Source: Aulosira sp. ZfuVER01
Lineage (GTDB): Bacteria; Cyanobacteriota; Cyanobacteriia; Cyanobacteriales; Nostocaceae
Assembly: GCA_034530615.2 (NCBI GenBank)
Contig: JAVRCV020000051.1
Span: forward strand, 80,803-144,802
DNA length: 64,000 nucleotides
Reading direction: 5' to 3'
Part shown: piece after piece, positions 21,079 through 31,334 of the stretch
Position numbering within the stretch: position 1 is the first letter of the stretch
How the letters are laid out: each line of letters starts with the position of its first letter
Translations under genes and position numbers: made by a program
The notes under the pieces: model-generated
Told to the model about the DNA's origin: nothing
Database searches by the model: none
What the model saw: the letters and a program-made list of their open reading frames with translations, nothing else

Positions 21079-21175
21079 GGAGTGTGGGGAGGGTGGGGAG
21101 TGTGGGAAGTGTGGGAAGTGTGGGAAGTGTGGGGAGTGTGGGGAGAAATGGGACAAGGGGGACAAGGAAGCAGGG
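21079..21175 (+). repeat. G-rich 9-mer tandem repeats (RAGTGTGGG) grading into GGACAAG units
   Basis: gagtgtggg/aagtgtggg repeated about 7 times between convergent genes. Confidence 0.8.
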
Positions 21176-21323
21176 CAAGAAATTACAAATGCTTTTGACT
21201 CTTGACTCTTGACAACCTCTGCGAAAACAAAATGACACACAGCTTTAGCCCAAAAAACAAAAGAAACCACTGTCTAACAATGGTTTCAACATAATTTTAA
21301 GAATGCCGTATATATTTTAGCTC

Positions 21324-22226
21324 TCACTCCAGTGGACTGCTGTAGGCACTGAAGCCGTAAGCTAAAGTTTCTTTCCAAGCATCTGAAGGTTTTAGGCTTC
21401 TATTAATCGCTTTTGCAAACGGTAGTGCAATCCCTTTGATGGTTTCTGGTAAGATTGCATATTCTGTAGTTGGTTCTACTATATATTGCGGACACTTGTT
21501 TTTTATACCAGCATTATTCAACATTTCTTGAATTTCAACAGATGAATATTGCTTGAGATAAATCGGGTTTTTACTAAAGATATTTATACTTCTAATGAAG
21601 TTATGGATAATGTGAGAAGGACAAGACTTGTTATGAAAAGAATGATTAAAAACGAACATACCACCAGGCTTTAGCACCCGAAATATCTCTGCCAATAAGT
21701 TTCTTAACTGTGCATCTGGTATATGCATAAATACACAATTAGAAATCACTAAATCTACAGAATTATCTTCTAAAGGTAAAATTTCTGCTGAATTACAAAT
21801 TACATGAAATTGCGCTTCTGGGAAAAAATCATATTCCTGTTTAACCTTGATCAAGCGTCGCAATAAAGATTCAGAAATATCAATAGCAAAATATTTTTGG
21901 CATCTAAGATTTTTCTCTTTTGAAAGATGTAATGGAGCGCGACCATAACCACAACCAATCTCCAGAATAGAATCAACCGATTTATTCATCGGAAATTTAT
22001 TCCAAGTGCCGCCTGGTCTACCACCTAATAAAGTGTAATCTTGTTTAATTGGTGATATTTCTGCAACCTGTTCAATTTTTTGGGAGCCATAGTAAGTCTT
22101 ACCAATTTCATCCCATTTTTGTTTATGTTCAGTACTATTTAACTGTTCGTAGTTATTAGGAAAATAAATCCCATCCCGAAGCTGAAATTCGCTTAAGCTA
22201 CTTCCGGATTTTGCTAATTGAGTCAT
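21324..22226 (-). CDS. Class I SAM-dependent methyltransferase
   Basis: ILEIGCGYG, IDIS, LPLEDNSVDLV, RVLKPGG. Confidence 0.88.
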   Translation of the reverse strand: MTQLAKSGSSLSEFQLRDGIYFPNNYEQLNSTEHKQKWDEIGKTYYGSQKIEQVAEISPIKQDYTLLGGRPGGTWNKFPMNKSVDSILEIGCGYGRAPLHLSKEKNLRCQKYFAIDISESLLRRLIKVKQEYDFFPEAQFHVICNSAEILPLEDNSVDLVISNCVFMHIPDAQLRNLLAEIFRVLKPGGMFVFNHSFHNKSCPSHIIHNFIRSINIFSKNPIYLKQYSSVEIQEMLNNAGIKNKCPQYIVEPTTEYAILPETIKGIALPFAKAINRSLKPSDAWKETLAYGFSAYSSPLE

Positions 22227-22538
22227 AGGAGTATTTTTGATGTATAGCTAGCTATTTTTCTTGTTATACTCTTAACTCACGATTAACTGCAAGCGTCATT
22301 TTATCTACCTGCATTAATCAAAAATACATAAACTAATTACAAAATTACTACCAGCTTTAATAATTACTCAAAAACGCGGTGGTCTGCTGACAATAAATCT
22401 GGTAAAAAACAATATTTGATCAATAATCTAAAATACAACAATTATCTCTTGTCAGTAGATTTACGCTTCTAAGCTTAAATCGGTTTACAAATACTTTAAA
22501 TTTAAATATAGACTACAATTCTTGGAGGCTGTGCTGGA

Positions 22539-24050
22539 ATGAATGAAGGGTCACAACAAAAACGGGTAGTAGTGGTGGGAGCAGGTTGGGCTGGGTTAGG
22601 CGCAACTTACCACTTGGCAAAACAAGGATATGATGTGACGCTTCTAGAAGCAGGGCCTTATCCTGGGGGATTGGTTGCTGGGTGGAAAACACCCGCAGGA
22701 CGTTCTGTAGAAGCAGGTATACATGGCTTTTGGTATCCTTATCGAAATATTTTTGCACTGATCAATGAATTAGGAATTAATCCTTTTACATCTTGGACTC
22801 GTTCTGCTCAATATTCCCCGGCGGGTTTGGAAGTGGAATCGCCAATTTTTCAAGATTTACCACGACTTCCTTCACCTCTAGGAACTTTTCTCTACACTCA
22901 GTTTCAGCGTCTACCATTAATTGACCGTTTGAGTGCCTTACCTTTACTTTACTCTGTGGTTGATTTTGATAATTCTCATGATGCTTGGCGGCGTTACGAT
23001 TTTGTCACGGCGCGGGAATTATTCAAGGATTTTGGTGTGTCGGCGCGACTGTATAAAGAAGCGTTTGAACCAATGTTATTGGTAGGCTTGTTTGCTCCTG
23101 GGGAACAGTGTTCAGCCGCCGCAACTTTGGGAATGCTGTACTTTTTTATTCTGGCTCATCAGCCGGATTTTGATGTGGTTTGGTGTCGGGGAACTGTAGG
23201 CGAAAAAATATTTCGTCCTTGGGTTGAACAAATTGAAAAAGCTGGTGCCAAAGTTTTACCAAAGCGGCGAGTCACTGACTTAATTGTTGATAGTAATAAT
23301 CGGGCAACAGGTGTAGTTTGTGATGATGAATTGTTTAATGCTGACGCTGTGATTTTTGCGGTTGGGGTTACGGGAATGAAGAAAATTGTTGCTAACAGCC
23401 CTAGCTTACAAAGTCGGGAAGAATTTCGCAATTTAAATAATTTAGGGGCGATTGATGTTTTAGCAACTCGGTTATGGTTTGACCGCAAAATTAATATTCC
23501 CCGTCCTTCTAATGCTTGTTTTGGCTTTGATGCGACTACAGGCTGGACATTTTTTGATTTAAATACGCTGCATGATGAATATAAAAATGAACCGGGAACG
23601 GTAATTGAAGCTGATTTCTATCATGCAAATCAGTTTCTCAATTTGAGCGATGAGGAGATTGTGCCCATAGTTCAGCGTTATTTAGCAACTTGTGTACCAG
23701 GGTTTGAAGAAGCAAAGGTAATTGATAGCAGTGTAATTCGTTTACCAAATGCAGTGACTCATTTTGCACCTGGGAGTTATCGCTATATGTTACCGGCTAA
23801 AACAAGTTTGACAAATGTGTTTATGAGTGGGGATTGGATTGTTAACCGTCACGGTTCATGGTCGCAGGAAAAGGCTTATGTTACTGGTTTAGAAGCGGCA
23901 AATTTGGTGGTTTCTTACTTAGGTAAGGGTCAGCCATCAGCGATTTTACCTGTAGAAGCAGATGAAGCGCATATCCAAGTAGCGCGATCGCTCAATCAAA
24001 CCGTCCGTCAGTTGAGCAAGTCTATTCTGCCTAACTTTTGGTTGCCTTAA
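22539..24050 (+). CDS. FAD-dependent oxidoreductase, amine oxidase/carotene desaturase-like
   Basis: VVVGAGWAGL, EAGIHGFW, SGDW..HGSWSQEKAYVTG. Confidence 0.85.
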   Translation: MNEGSQQKRVVVVGAGWAGLGATYHLAKQGYDVTLLEAGPYPGGLVAGWKTPAGRSVEAGIHGFWYPYRNIFALINELGINPFTSWTRSAQYSPAGLEVESPIFQDLPRLPSPLGTFLYTQFQRLPLIDRLSALPLLYSVVDFDNSHDAWRRYDFVTARELFKDFGVSARLYKEAFEPMLLVGLFAPGEQCSAAATLGMLYFFILAHQPDFDVVWCRGTVGEKIFRPWVEQIEKAGAKVLPKRRVTDLIVDSNNRATGVVCDDELFNADAVIFAVGVTGMKKIVANSPSLQSREEFRNLNNLGAIDVLATRLWFDRKINIPRPSNACFGFDATTGWTFFDLNTLHDEYKNEPGTVIEADFYHANQFLNLSDEEIVPIVQRYLATCVPGFEEAKVIDSSVIRLPNAVTHFAPGSYRYMLPAKTSLTNVFMSGDWIVNRHGSWSQEKAYVTGLEAANLVVSYLGKGQPSAILPVEADEAHIQVARSLNQTVRQLSKSILPNFWLP

Positions 24051-24078
24051 ATTACTTGCTCTCAGGAATTTGCTATTA

Positions 24079-24241
24079 GAGGTTGTTTGAAAAGTGGTCG
24101 GCTGTGATTTTAAGCACTTATTGATCCCCCCTAGCCCCCCTTTTTAAGGGGGGAAAACGTCTTGAAGTCCCCATTTTTAAGGGGGATTTAGAGGAATCTA
24201 AAAGTATTTGATACATTACTAGTGACTTTTCAAACATCCTC
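24079..24241. mobile_element. MITE with IS5/IS1031-like ends
   Basis: TIRs GAGGTTGTTTGAAAAGT / ACTTTTCAAACATCCTC, flanked by TTA on both sides; internal CCCCC/GGGGG hairpins. Confidence 0.75.
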
Positions 24242-24598
24242 TTAGGTGCTAGTCGATTTGGCACAGTTGATAATAGCTTAAATACCAAAAACAGCATTTT
24301 CAAATATTCATCAGGGCACAACAATTTTGTGCCCCTACGTAGCTATTGCATTGTTGTTTCAAATTGGTACAAGTACTTTGCCAATACTGCGTAACAAGTT
24401 TAATCGGTCGTGGCTATGAGATTTTTTCAGGGCGCAAAAAACCGAATTTGGCAAGGTGATATCTATGAGCGAGGTATTTATTCCTATATTTATATATACT
24501 GCAAACTTATGTCTCAAGGGGGAATGAGTTAATTTATTAATTCAAGTAACATTTACTGAAAATATCGGATTACTAATTGATTTTTGAACAAAAGGTAA

Positions 24599-24807
24599 GA
24601 CGATGTTTGAAAAGTGGTTAGCTGTGATTTTAGGCACTTATTGATCCCCCCAACCCCCCTTGAAAAGGGGGGCAGGAACCTCTCAAAGTCCCCCTTTTTA
24701 AGGGGAGCCACTGCGTTGCGGGGGTTCCCCCCGTTGTAGCAAGTGGCGTGGATTTAGGGGTATCTAGAACATTTTGCTACTAATAAGGAGAATTTTAAAA
24801 CAACTTC
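24599..24807. mobile_element. Second, more degenerate copy of the same MITE carrying a nested hairpin insert
   Basis: GACGATGTTTGAAAAGT...AATTTTAAAACAACTTC flanked by TAA/TAA; shares GCTGTGATTTTARGCACTTATTGATCCCCCC with copy 1. Confidence 0.7.
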
Positions 24808-25086
24808 TAAGGTGAGCATTACCCACCCTACACATACTGAACATACATAGTTACCATAGCCAAATAGCAATTTTTTAGAATAGTTGTGATGAAAGCAACA
24901 CATTTAAATGGTAGCAACACACTTAAGCTAAACTAACTTTTAATCTGACTTATACAAATTTTGTCAGCTTGATATTAAAGCTCCAGACTGCTAGTCGATC
25001 GGACTCATCTTTGATAAATTGCAAAACTTATCTGTTGTTTTAATTACTCAAAAACTTAACATCCGAAAGGATTTACTGCTTACATC

Positions 25087-28000
25087 ATGAACCCTAGGCG
25101 GCCTGCTAAAAAATCTCAATCTAATTCCCCTGCTGGTCAACCGTCGAATGAAGAACAGCAGAATAATCAAAACGAATTATTTCCCATTGTGGGGATGGGT
25201 GCTTCTGCGGGTGGGTTGGAAGCTTACACAGAATTGCTGAGTCATTTGCCAATTGATACTGGTATGGCATTTGTGGTGGTTCAGCATTTAAGCCCCAAGC
25301 AAAAAAGTTTGTTGAGTGAGATTCTCTCACGGTCAACCGATATGCCTGTAGTGGAAGTGCAGGATGGTATGGTCGTAGAACCAAATCATGTCTACGTGAT
25401 TCCGCCTAATGCCACGATGACCATTTCTCAAGGAGTGCTGAAACTAGCTTCTAGGGGAAAAACCTACGGGTTTTTTATGTCAGTAGATGCTTTCTTGATA
25501 TCTTTAGCAGAGGATCGGGGAAACAAAGCAATTGGCATAGTCCTGTCGGGCGGTGATGGAGATGGCGCACGGGGGCTAGAAGTTATCAAAGGGGCTGGTG
25601 GTATTACTTTTGCCCAGTGCGAGCAATCGGCAAAAGTCAGTAGTATGCCGAACGCTGCTGTGGCTTCGGGTCATGTAGATTTTATTCTCACTCCACAAGA
25701 GATTGCTGAAGAACTGGCAAAGCTTAGTCATCATCCTTATGTCAAATACCAGCCTCAAGCAGCGCTGACTGAGGTACCTGAGTTACTCCCAGTTAGTGGG
25801 GATGTGCTTTCGACCATCTTTAGCTTACTAAGGTCTGCTACAGGAGTTGACTTTCATCACTACAAACAAACTACTCTCAAGCGGCGCATTTTGCGGCGGA
25901 TGGTTTTGTACAAGCTGGAAAGATTGGAAGATTATGTCCGCTATCTCCAGGAAAATCCAGCAGAAGTCATGGCGTTGTATCAAGATGTACTGATTACTGT
26001 CACCAGTTTTTTTAGAGATCCGGAATCTTTTGAAACCTTAAAAACAAAAGTATTTCCGATTATTACCCAGGATCGCACGCCAGATTCGCCCATCCGCATT
26101 TGGGTAGCAGGATGTTCAACAGGTCAAGAAGCTTACTCAATTGCTATTTGCTTACTGGAGTTTTTGTCCAATCAGGGAATCAATCCACCGATCCAGATTT
26201 TTGCTACGGATATTAATGAGGTGGCAATTGAAACAGCTAGGATTGGCATCTACAAGCTTAACCAAGTAACAGAAGTCTCTCCAGAACGTCTACAGCGCTT
26301 TTTTGTTCAGGTAGAGGGTGGGTACCAGATCAGCAAGCCAGTGCGTGAATTATGTGTCTTCGCTAGACAAAACTTGATTGGCGATCCGCCTTTTTCTCAC
26401 TTAGATCTGATTACCTGTCGCAATGTACTAATTTATTTGGGAGCACCTGTACAAAAGAAGGTTCTACCAGTCTTTCATTATGCTCTCAAGCCAACTGGCT
26501 TTCTGATGTTAGGCACCTCAGAGACAGTAGGAGAGTTTTCCGACTTGTTTAAGCTAACGGACAGAAAGTTCAAGATTTATACGCGAAAAATGGCTCCGGC
26601 TCGGCTGGGTATAGATCTGATTGCAAGCAACTATCCTACACAAACTAATACTCCGCAGTCATCGGTAAGTGAAAATAATTTAAATGAGTTAGAAATGCAG
26701 ACAGCCGCTGACCGAATTGTGTTAAATCACTATGCCCCAGTTGGTGTTGTTATTAATAACGATCTAGAAATTTTGCAATTTCGCGGACAGACTAATTCCT
26801 ATCTGCAACCTCCACCAGGCCGGCCTAGCTTTAATTTGTTGAAGATGGCAAAAGAAGAACTGCGGCTAGAGCTACGCACTGCCATTCACCAAGCAAAACA
26901 GCGACAGACGTTAGTGCGAAAAGAAGGTATCCAAATTCTAGAGAACGGTAAAGTCAGGCTGATTAAGTTTGATGTTGTGCCGTTTAAATCTGGCAGTAGT
27001 GAAGAACGTTTCTTTTTAGTGATGTTTGAAGATATGCCATCTTCAACAACTACTGTCTCAGAGTCGGCTAGCAATCGCAACGTTAAGTCTGCAAGGAAAA
27101 AACAAGCTGCTGCTGAAGAGGAGATTAACGCACTTCAACAGGAGCTAGCAACGACTAAAGAATATCTGCAATCAATTATTGAAGAACAGCAAGCCACTAA
27201 TCAAAACCTCAGAGCTGCTAACGAAGAAATTCTCTCTAGCAATGAAGAGTTGCAAAGTACTAATGAGGAACTGGAAACTGCTAAAGAAGAAATTCAGGCA
27301 ACCAACGAAGAATTAAACACCATTAACGACGAACTGCAACGCCGGAATATTGAGTCAACTCAAGTTACCAACGATTTGCAGAATTTACTCAGCAATATCA
27401 ATATTCCGATTCTGATGTTGGGTGGCGATTTGCATATTCGCCGCTTTACTCCGGTGGCTGGGAGAATTTTTAACCTGATTGCCACGGATGTGGGGCGACC
27501 ATTGAGTGATATTAATCACAACTTGAACATTCCCGATCTAGAACAACAAATTTTAGAAGTTATTGGCACTCTTAGCTTTAAAACTCAGGAAGTTCAAGAC
27601 TCCGAAAGTCACTGGTATGATTTGCGTATCCGACCTTACCGGACAATTGATAATAAAATTGATGGTGCTGTGGTGGTGTTGGTTGACATTGACGAACTCA
27701 AACGCAGTGCCGAACAGTTAAGAGCATCAAGAGATTACGCCGAAGCAATTGTCGATACCGTGCGGGAATCGATTGTGGTGCTGGATTTAAACTTACGGGT
27801 GGTAAGAGCCAATCGCTCTTTCTACGAAATCTTCCAAGTGCTGCCTACAGACACAGAACAGCGCTTGATTTTTGAACTCGGCAATGGTCAGTGGAATATA
27901 CCTTTGTTGCGATCGCTCTTAGAAGATGTGATTCCCAGCAATGCCCCATTTCAAGATTTGGAAGTTGAGCATAACTTCGAGTCCATCGGGCACAAAATTA

Positions 28001-29319
28001 TGCGGCTGAATGCGCGGAGAATGCCGCAAATCGATGATATGCAATTGATTCTTCTGGTAATTGAGGATATCACCCAGCAAAAGCAACTGGAAGCAGAACG
28101 CACTCAGTTACTCACTCAAGAACAGTCAGCTCGTGCGGCGGCGGAGACAGCCAACCGTGCCAAAGATGAGTTTTTATCGATTCTTTCTCACGAACTGCGA
28201 AATCCGCTAAATTCCTTACTGGGTTGGGCACAGATGCTACAGCGGCCAGATCTCGATCGAGAAATCATTACTCAAGGACTAGAAGCTATTGAGCGTAGTG
28301 CCGTAGCTCAAGCCCAGCTAATTGGAGATTTGTTAGACATCTCCCGCATCAGTGCTGGTAGGCTGCGTCTGGATGCGGAATTAATTGAGCTTGTACCTGT
28401 GATAGAAGCCGCAATTGAGGTTGTGCGGATCTCAGCCGAAGCCAAAAATATCCAAATTGAATCTCGGCTAGATCGTACAGTAAGAAGAATTAACGCCGAT
28501 CCCAATCGCTTACAGCAGGTAATTTGGAATTTACTTTCTAATGCGATTAAATTTACCCCAGCTGGGGGCAGAATTGCGATCGCTCTAGAATATACCGATC
28601 TCTACGCTCAAATTCAAGTTAGCGACACAGGCCAGGGTATTAGACCCGACTTTCTCCCCTATATTTTCGAGCGCTTCCGGCAAGCCGATGGTAGCAGAAA
28701 GCGCTCAAATCCTGGTCTTGGACTGGGGCTTTCCATAGTGCGTCACTTAGTAGAACTCCACGGCGGTACAGTTGAGGCAGAAAGTTTAGGTGACGGTCAA
28801 GGAGCAACTTTTACCGTCAGGCTACCTTTGCAAACACACCCAACAGAAACTTCTCTACCGACTACCAGACAATTGGTCGCCTTACAAGATAACTTAGAAG
28901 TGCCAACGGGAAATATTACATCATTGCAGGGTGTGCGGGTACTGGTTGTCGATGACGAAGCAGATATTCGCCAGTTATTTAGTATCATTCTTGAGCAGTA
29001 CGGAGTAGAAGTGACAGCTGTTGCATCAGCCAATGCAGCGTTATCAACCTTGATGGCTAACCCTAACGGGTACGACGTTCTGCTATCTGACATAGGTTTA
29101 CCAGAGCAAGATGGTTACGATTTGATTCGTCAGGTGAGAGCGCTGAACGCTGAGGCTGGGGGGCAAATTCCCGCCGCCGCCCTCACCGCCTATGCTGAAG
29201 ATGCAGAGCAAGCAGAAGCTCTAGCAGCAGGATATCAAATGCACATTGCTAAACCAGTTGAACCCGCGCAATTGCTATTTATAGTTGCTTCGTTGGCGGG
29301 AAGAATTAGCAATGATTAA
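25087..29319 (+). CDS. CheB-CheR-coiled coil-PAS hybrid histidine kinase (methyl-accepting coiled-coil type)
   Basis: CheB GASAGG/QHL/DG; CheR TSFFRD, AGCSTGQE, CRNVLIY; NEELQSTNEELETAKEE coil; SHELRNPL H-box; receiver VVDD..SDIGLP. Confidence 0.93.
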   Translation: MNPRRPAKKSQSNSPAGQPSNEEQQNNQNELFPIVGMGASAGGLEAYTELLSHLPIDTGMAFVVVQHLSPKQKSLLSEILSRSTDMPVVEVQDGMVVEPNHVYVIPPNATMTISQGVLKLASRGKTYGFFMSVDAFLISLAEDRGNKAIGIVLSGGDGDGARGLEVIKGAGGITFAQCEQSAKVSSMPNAAVASGHVDFILTPQEIAEELAKLSHHPYVKYQPQAALTEVPELLPVSGDVLSTIFSLLRSATGVDFHHYKQTTLKRRILRRMVLYKLERLEDYVRYLQENPAEVMALYQDVLITVTSFFRDPESFETLKTKVFPIITQDRTPDSPIRIWVAGCSTGQEAYSIAICLLEFLSNQGINPPIQIFATDINEVAIETARIGIYKLNQVTEVSPERLQRFFVQVEGGYQISKPVRELCVFARQNLIGDPPFSHLDLITCRNVLIYLGAPVQKKVLPVFHYALKPTGFLMLGTSETVGEFSDLFKLTDRKFKIYTRKMAPARLGIDLIASNYPTQTNTPQSSVSENNLNELEMQTAADRIVLNHYAPVGVVINNDLEILQFRGQTNSYLQPPPGRPSFNLLKMAKEELRLELRTAIHQAKQRQTLVRKEGIQILENGKVRLIKFDVVPFKSGSSEERFFLVMFEDMPSSTTTVSESASNRNVKSARKKQAAAEEEINALQQELATTKEYLQSIIEEQQATNQNLRAANEEILSSNEELQSTNEELETAKEEIQATNEELNTINDELQRRNIESTQVTNDLQNLLSNINIPILMLGGDLHIRRFTPVAGRIFNLIATDVGRPLSDINHNLNIPDLEQQILEVIGTLSFKTQEVQDSESHWYDLRIRPYRTIDNKIDGAVVVLVDIDELKRSAEQLRASRDYAEAIVDTVRESIVVLDLNLRVVRANRSFYEIFQVLPTDTEQRLIFELGNGQWNIPLLRSLLEDVIPSNAPFQDLEVEHNFESIGHKIMRLNARRMPQIDDMQLILLVIEDITQQKQLEAERTQLLTQEQSARAAAETANRAKDEFLSILSHELRNPLNSLLGWAQMLQRPDLDREIITQGLEAIERSAVAQAQLIGDLLDISRISAGRLRLDAELIELVPVIEAAIEVVRISAEAKNIQIESRLDRTVRRINADPNRLQQVIWNLLSNAIKFTPAGGRIAIALEYTDLYAQIQVSDTGQGIRPDFLPYIFERFRQADGSRKRSNPGLGLGLSIVRHLVELHGGTVEAESLGDGQGATFTVRLPLQTHPTETSLPTTRQLVALQDNLEVPTGNITSLQGVRVLVVDDEADIRQLFSIILEQYGVEVTAVASANAALSTLMANPNGYDVLLSDIGLPEQDGYDLIRQVRALNAEAGGQIPAAALTAYAEDAEQAEALAAGYQMHIAKPVEPAQLLFIVASLAGRISND

Positions 29320-29445
29320 TGGGACAGACCACCACAAAAAACTGCTCGTAAACTTTTAGATTAACAGCGTACTAGAAACTTCTAGATGGACTACGCTTAA
29401 TGTTGTACCTAGAACATTTATCTTTGGGGGGTACTTGCTTCTCTC

Positions 29446-29733
29446 ATGTTGAACACTATTGATGGTTGGGACAAACAACGACAAGTAAAACTGTCAGAGT
29501 CGCACTTTGATGAAAGGATTAGGTGGTGTGCTCGCGAAGCCCATTTAGATAGTGAGGAAGCTCAACAAGCTAGGGAAGAAGCTAAAAATATTACAAAGCT
29601 AACTCAGCAAGCTAGGGCGAAAGCTCGACAAGCTACACAGGAAGCTCGAGAAGCTAGGGAGAGAATCCAGCGAGTTAAGGAGAAAGTTCAGGGGTTGGGA
29701 AACAGAGGTGGGGGAGCAGAGGGAGAGATTTAG
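29446..29733 (+). CDS. Small E/Q/A/R-rich helical protein
   Basis: 95 aa with SEEAQQAREEAK..QQARAKARQATQEAREARE; co-oriented between two CheB genes. Confidence 0.5.
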   Translation: MLNTIDGWDKQRQVKLSESHFDERIRWCAREAHLDSEEAQQAREEAKNITKLTQQARAKARQATQEAREARERIQRVKEKVQGLGNRGGGAEGEI

Positions 29734-29781
29734 GTTTTACCAGTCTGGAATTAGGTAAAAATTACCACATCGTGATTAGGG

Positions 29782-30900
29782 ATGCATAAGGGCAGACACC
29801 AAAAGAAATCCAAAATTGCGATTGTGGCGATCGCAGCTTCGGCTGGTGGAGTTACAGCGATTCGCAAGGTTTTATCGGGATTGCCTAAGGATTTTCCTGT
29901 ACCGATTCTCTGTCTTCAGCACCTCAGTATTTCTGACATTAACGTTTTGGCACAAGTGTTACAGTTACGAACAAATCTGACGGTACGCTGGGCACATAAT
30001 GGGGAAGAACTCAAGGCAGGAGTGGTGTATGTTTGTCCACCAGGGCATTACTTTGTTGTTCATGCTAAAGGTAAAATCTCTCTGGCTCCACAAGCAAGTA
30101 AACACGGCTGGGTACATGGAGTCGATCGCTTTTTTGAGTCGGTGGCCGAGAGTTATGCAGACAGCGCTGTAGTAATTGTGATGACTGGTACAGGTAAAGG
30201 TGGCGCAGAAGGTGTGCGTGCTGTATCTGGGCAGCATGGGATTGTTCTGGCTCAGGATCGAGCTAGTTCTGTAGCTGATGGAATGCCAGAGGCGGCGATC
30301 GCAACTGGTTGCGTAGACAGAGTTCTGTCCCGTGAAGCGATCGCACCTTTATTGGTGAGCTTGGTATGTGAGGGAAAGCCGTTAGCAAAAGCGCCAGCGA
30401 GCAAGACAAAATCATCCCCAAGTACTCGCTTGCAGATATCGCCGACGCTTGTTGATGCATTAGAAAATGTACTCGATCGAGCGATCGCTATGCACCGCAC
30501 GGACATGGGCTACATTCATCTGTTCGAGCGGCAGACATGCAGCCTCGCTCTCGCAGTTCAACGCGGCTTTGACGCAGCCTTAGTTGATGAGTTGCAGACA
30601 GTCAGTATCACTGAATATTCACCCTGCATCAGGGCTGTGCGTTCTGGAGAGACGGTGATTGTTGAAGATGTCGAGGTAGATCCTCTGTCTGCTCCCCAAA
30701 GAGCGATCGCGGCTGCGGCGGGATATCGCGCAGTCCAATCCACCCCGCTAACCACTCGCACAGGCACTTTGGTCGGCGTATTATCTACTCATTTCCGTCA
30801 ACCGCGCAAATTTTTACCTTGGGAGATGAAGCTTCTCGATATGCACGCCCGTCATGCTGGCGATTTAATTGAATTGTTTCAAGCAGAGAAAGTTGGGTGA
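29782..30900 (+). CDS. CheB-like methylesterase domain fused to GAF
   Basis: AASAGG, LQHL, GMPEAAI; C-terminal GAF (AVQSTPL..GVLSTHF). Confidence 0.85.
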   Translation: MHKGRHQKKSKIAIVAIAASAGGVTAIRKVLSGLPKDFPVPILCLQHLSISDINVLAQVLQLRTNLTVRWAHNGEELKAGVVYVCPPGHYFVVHAKGKISLAPQASKHGWVHGVDRFFESVAESYADSAVVIVMTGTGKGGAEGVRAVSGQHGIVLAQDRASSVADGMPEAAIATGCVDRVLSREAIAPLLVSLVCEGKPLAKAPASKTKSSPSTRLQISPTLVDALENVLDRAIAMHRTDMGYIHLFERQTCSLALAVQRGFDAALVDELQTVSITEYSPCIRAVRSGETVIVEDVEVDPLSAPQRAIAAAAGYRAVQSTPLTTRTGTLVGVLSTHFRQPRKFLPWEMKLLDMHARHAGDLIELFQAEKVG

Positions 30901-30982
30901 AGGAGAGATAGGGGAGACTGGGGAAGAAACAAGAAAATCTGGTTCCCTCCCCTTGACAAGGCTACGGTGTGCCTACAAGTCG

Positions 30983-31117
30983 ATTGAGGATGTTCGACGA
31001 TGTTGAACACACAGATTTCCGTATGGAATTCTCTACACAATTGAGCAGGATTATATTCTTATCCTTGCAGTTATGCATTGCAGTAGAAAGCCTGGATACT
31101 GGAAAAATCGCAGGTAG
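30983..31117 (+). pseudogene. RelE/ParE-type toxin remnant
   Basis: Manual translation IEDVRRC*THRFPYGILYTIEQDYILILAVMHCSRKPGYWKNRR*; N-terminus missing and internal TGA. Confidence 0.75.
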
Positions 31118-31334
31118 CAGAAGTTGCTAGCAGCCCAACATTGTGCTAATTCAACTCAGCAGCAACTCATATTATTAGAAGAGATCGCTTATCCTCTGCT
31201 GGAAAAAATGGGGTTGAATTCTATTAAAAGATCAAGATACAGGTGTATTCAAATAAACTATATGCTTTTGGGAGCGATCGCATCTAGTAGGCGTTACCAA
31301 ACCGTTCTTATATTGTCGTGAGCGGTTGGTAGTA

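Noticed and set aside
20989..21270. ORFs with PHF/LPT repeats
   Set aside because: Translation artefacts of the intergenic 9-mer tandem repeat.
24118..24324. 68-aa ORF
   Set aside because: Lies largely within MITE sequence and has no protein-like features.
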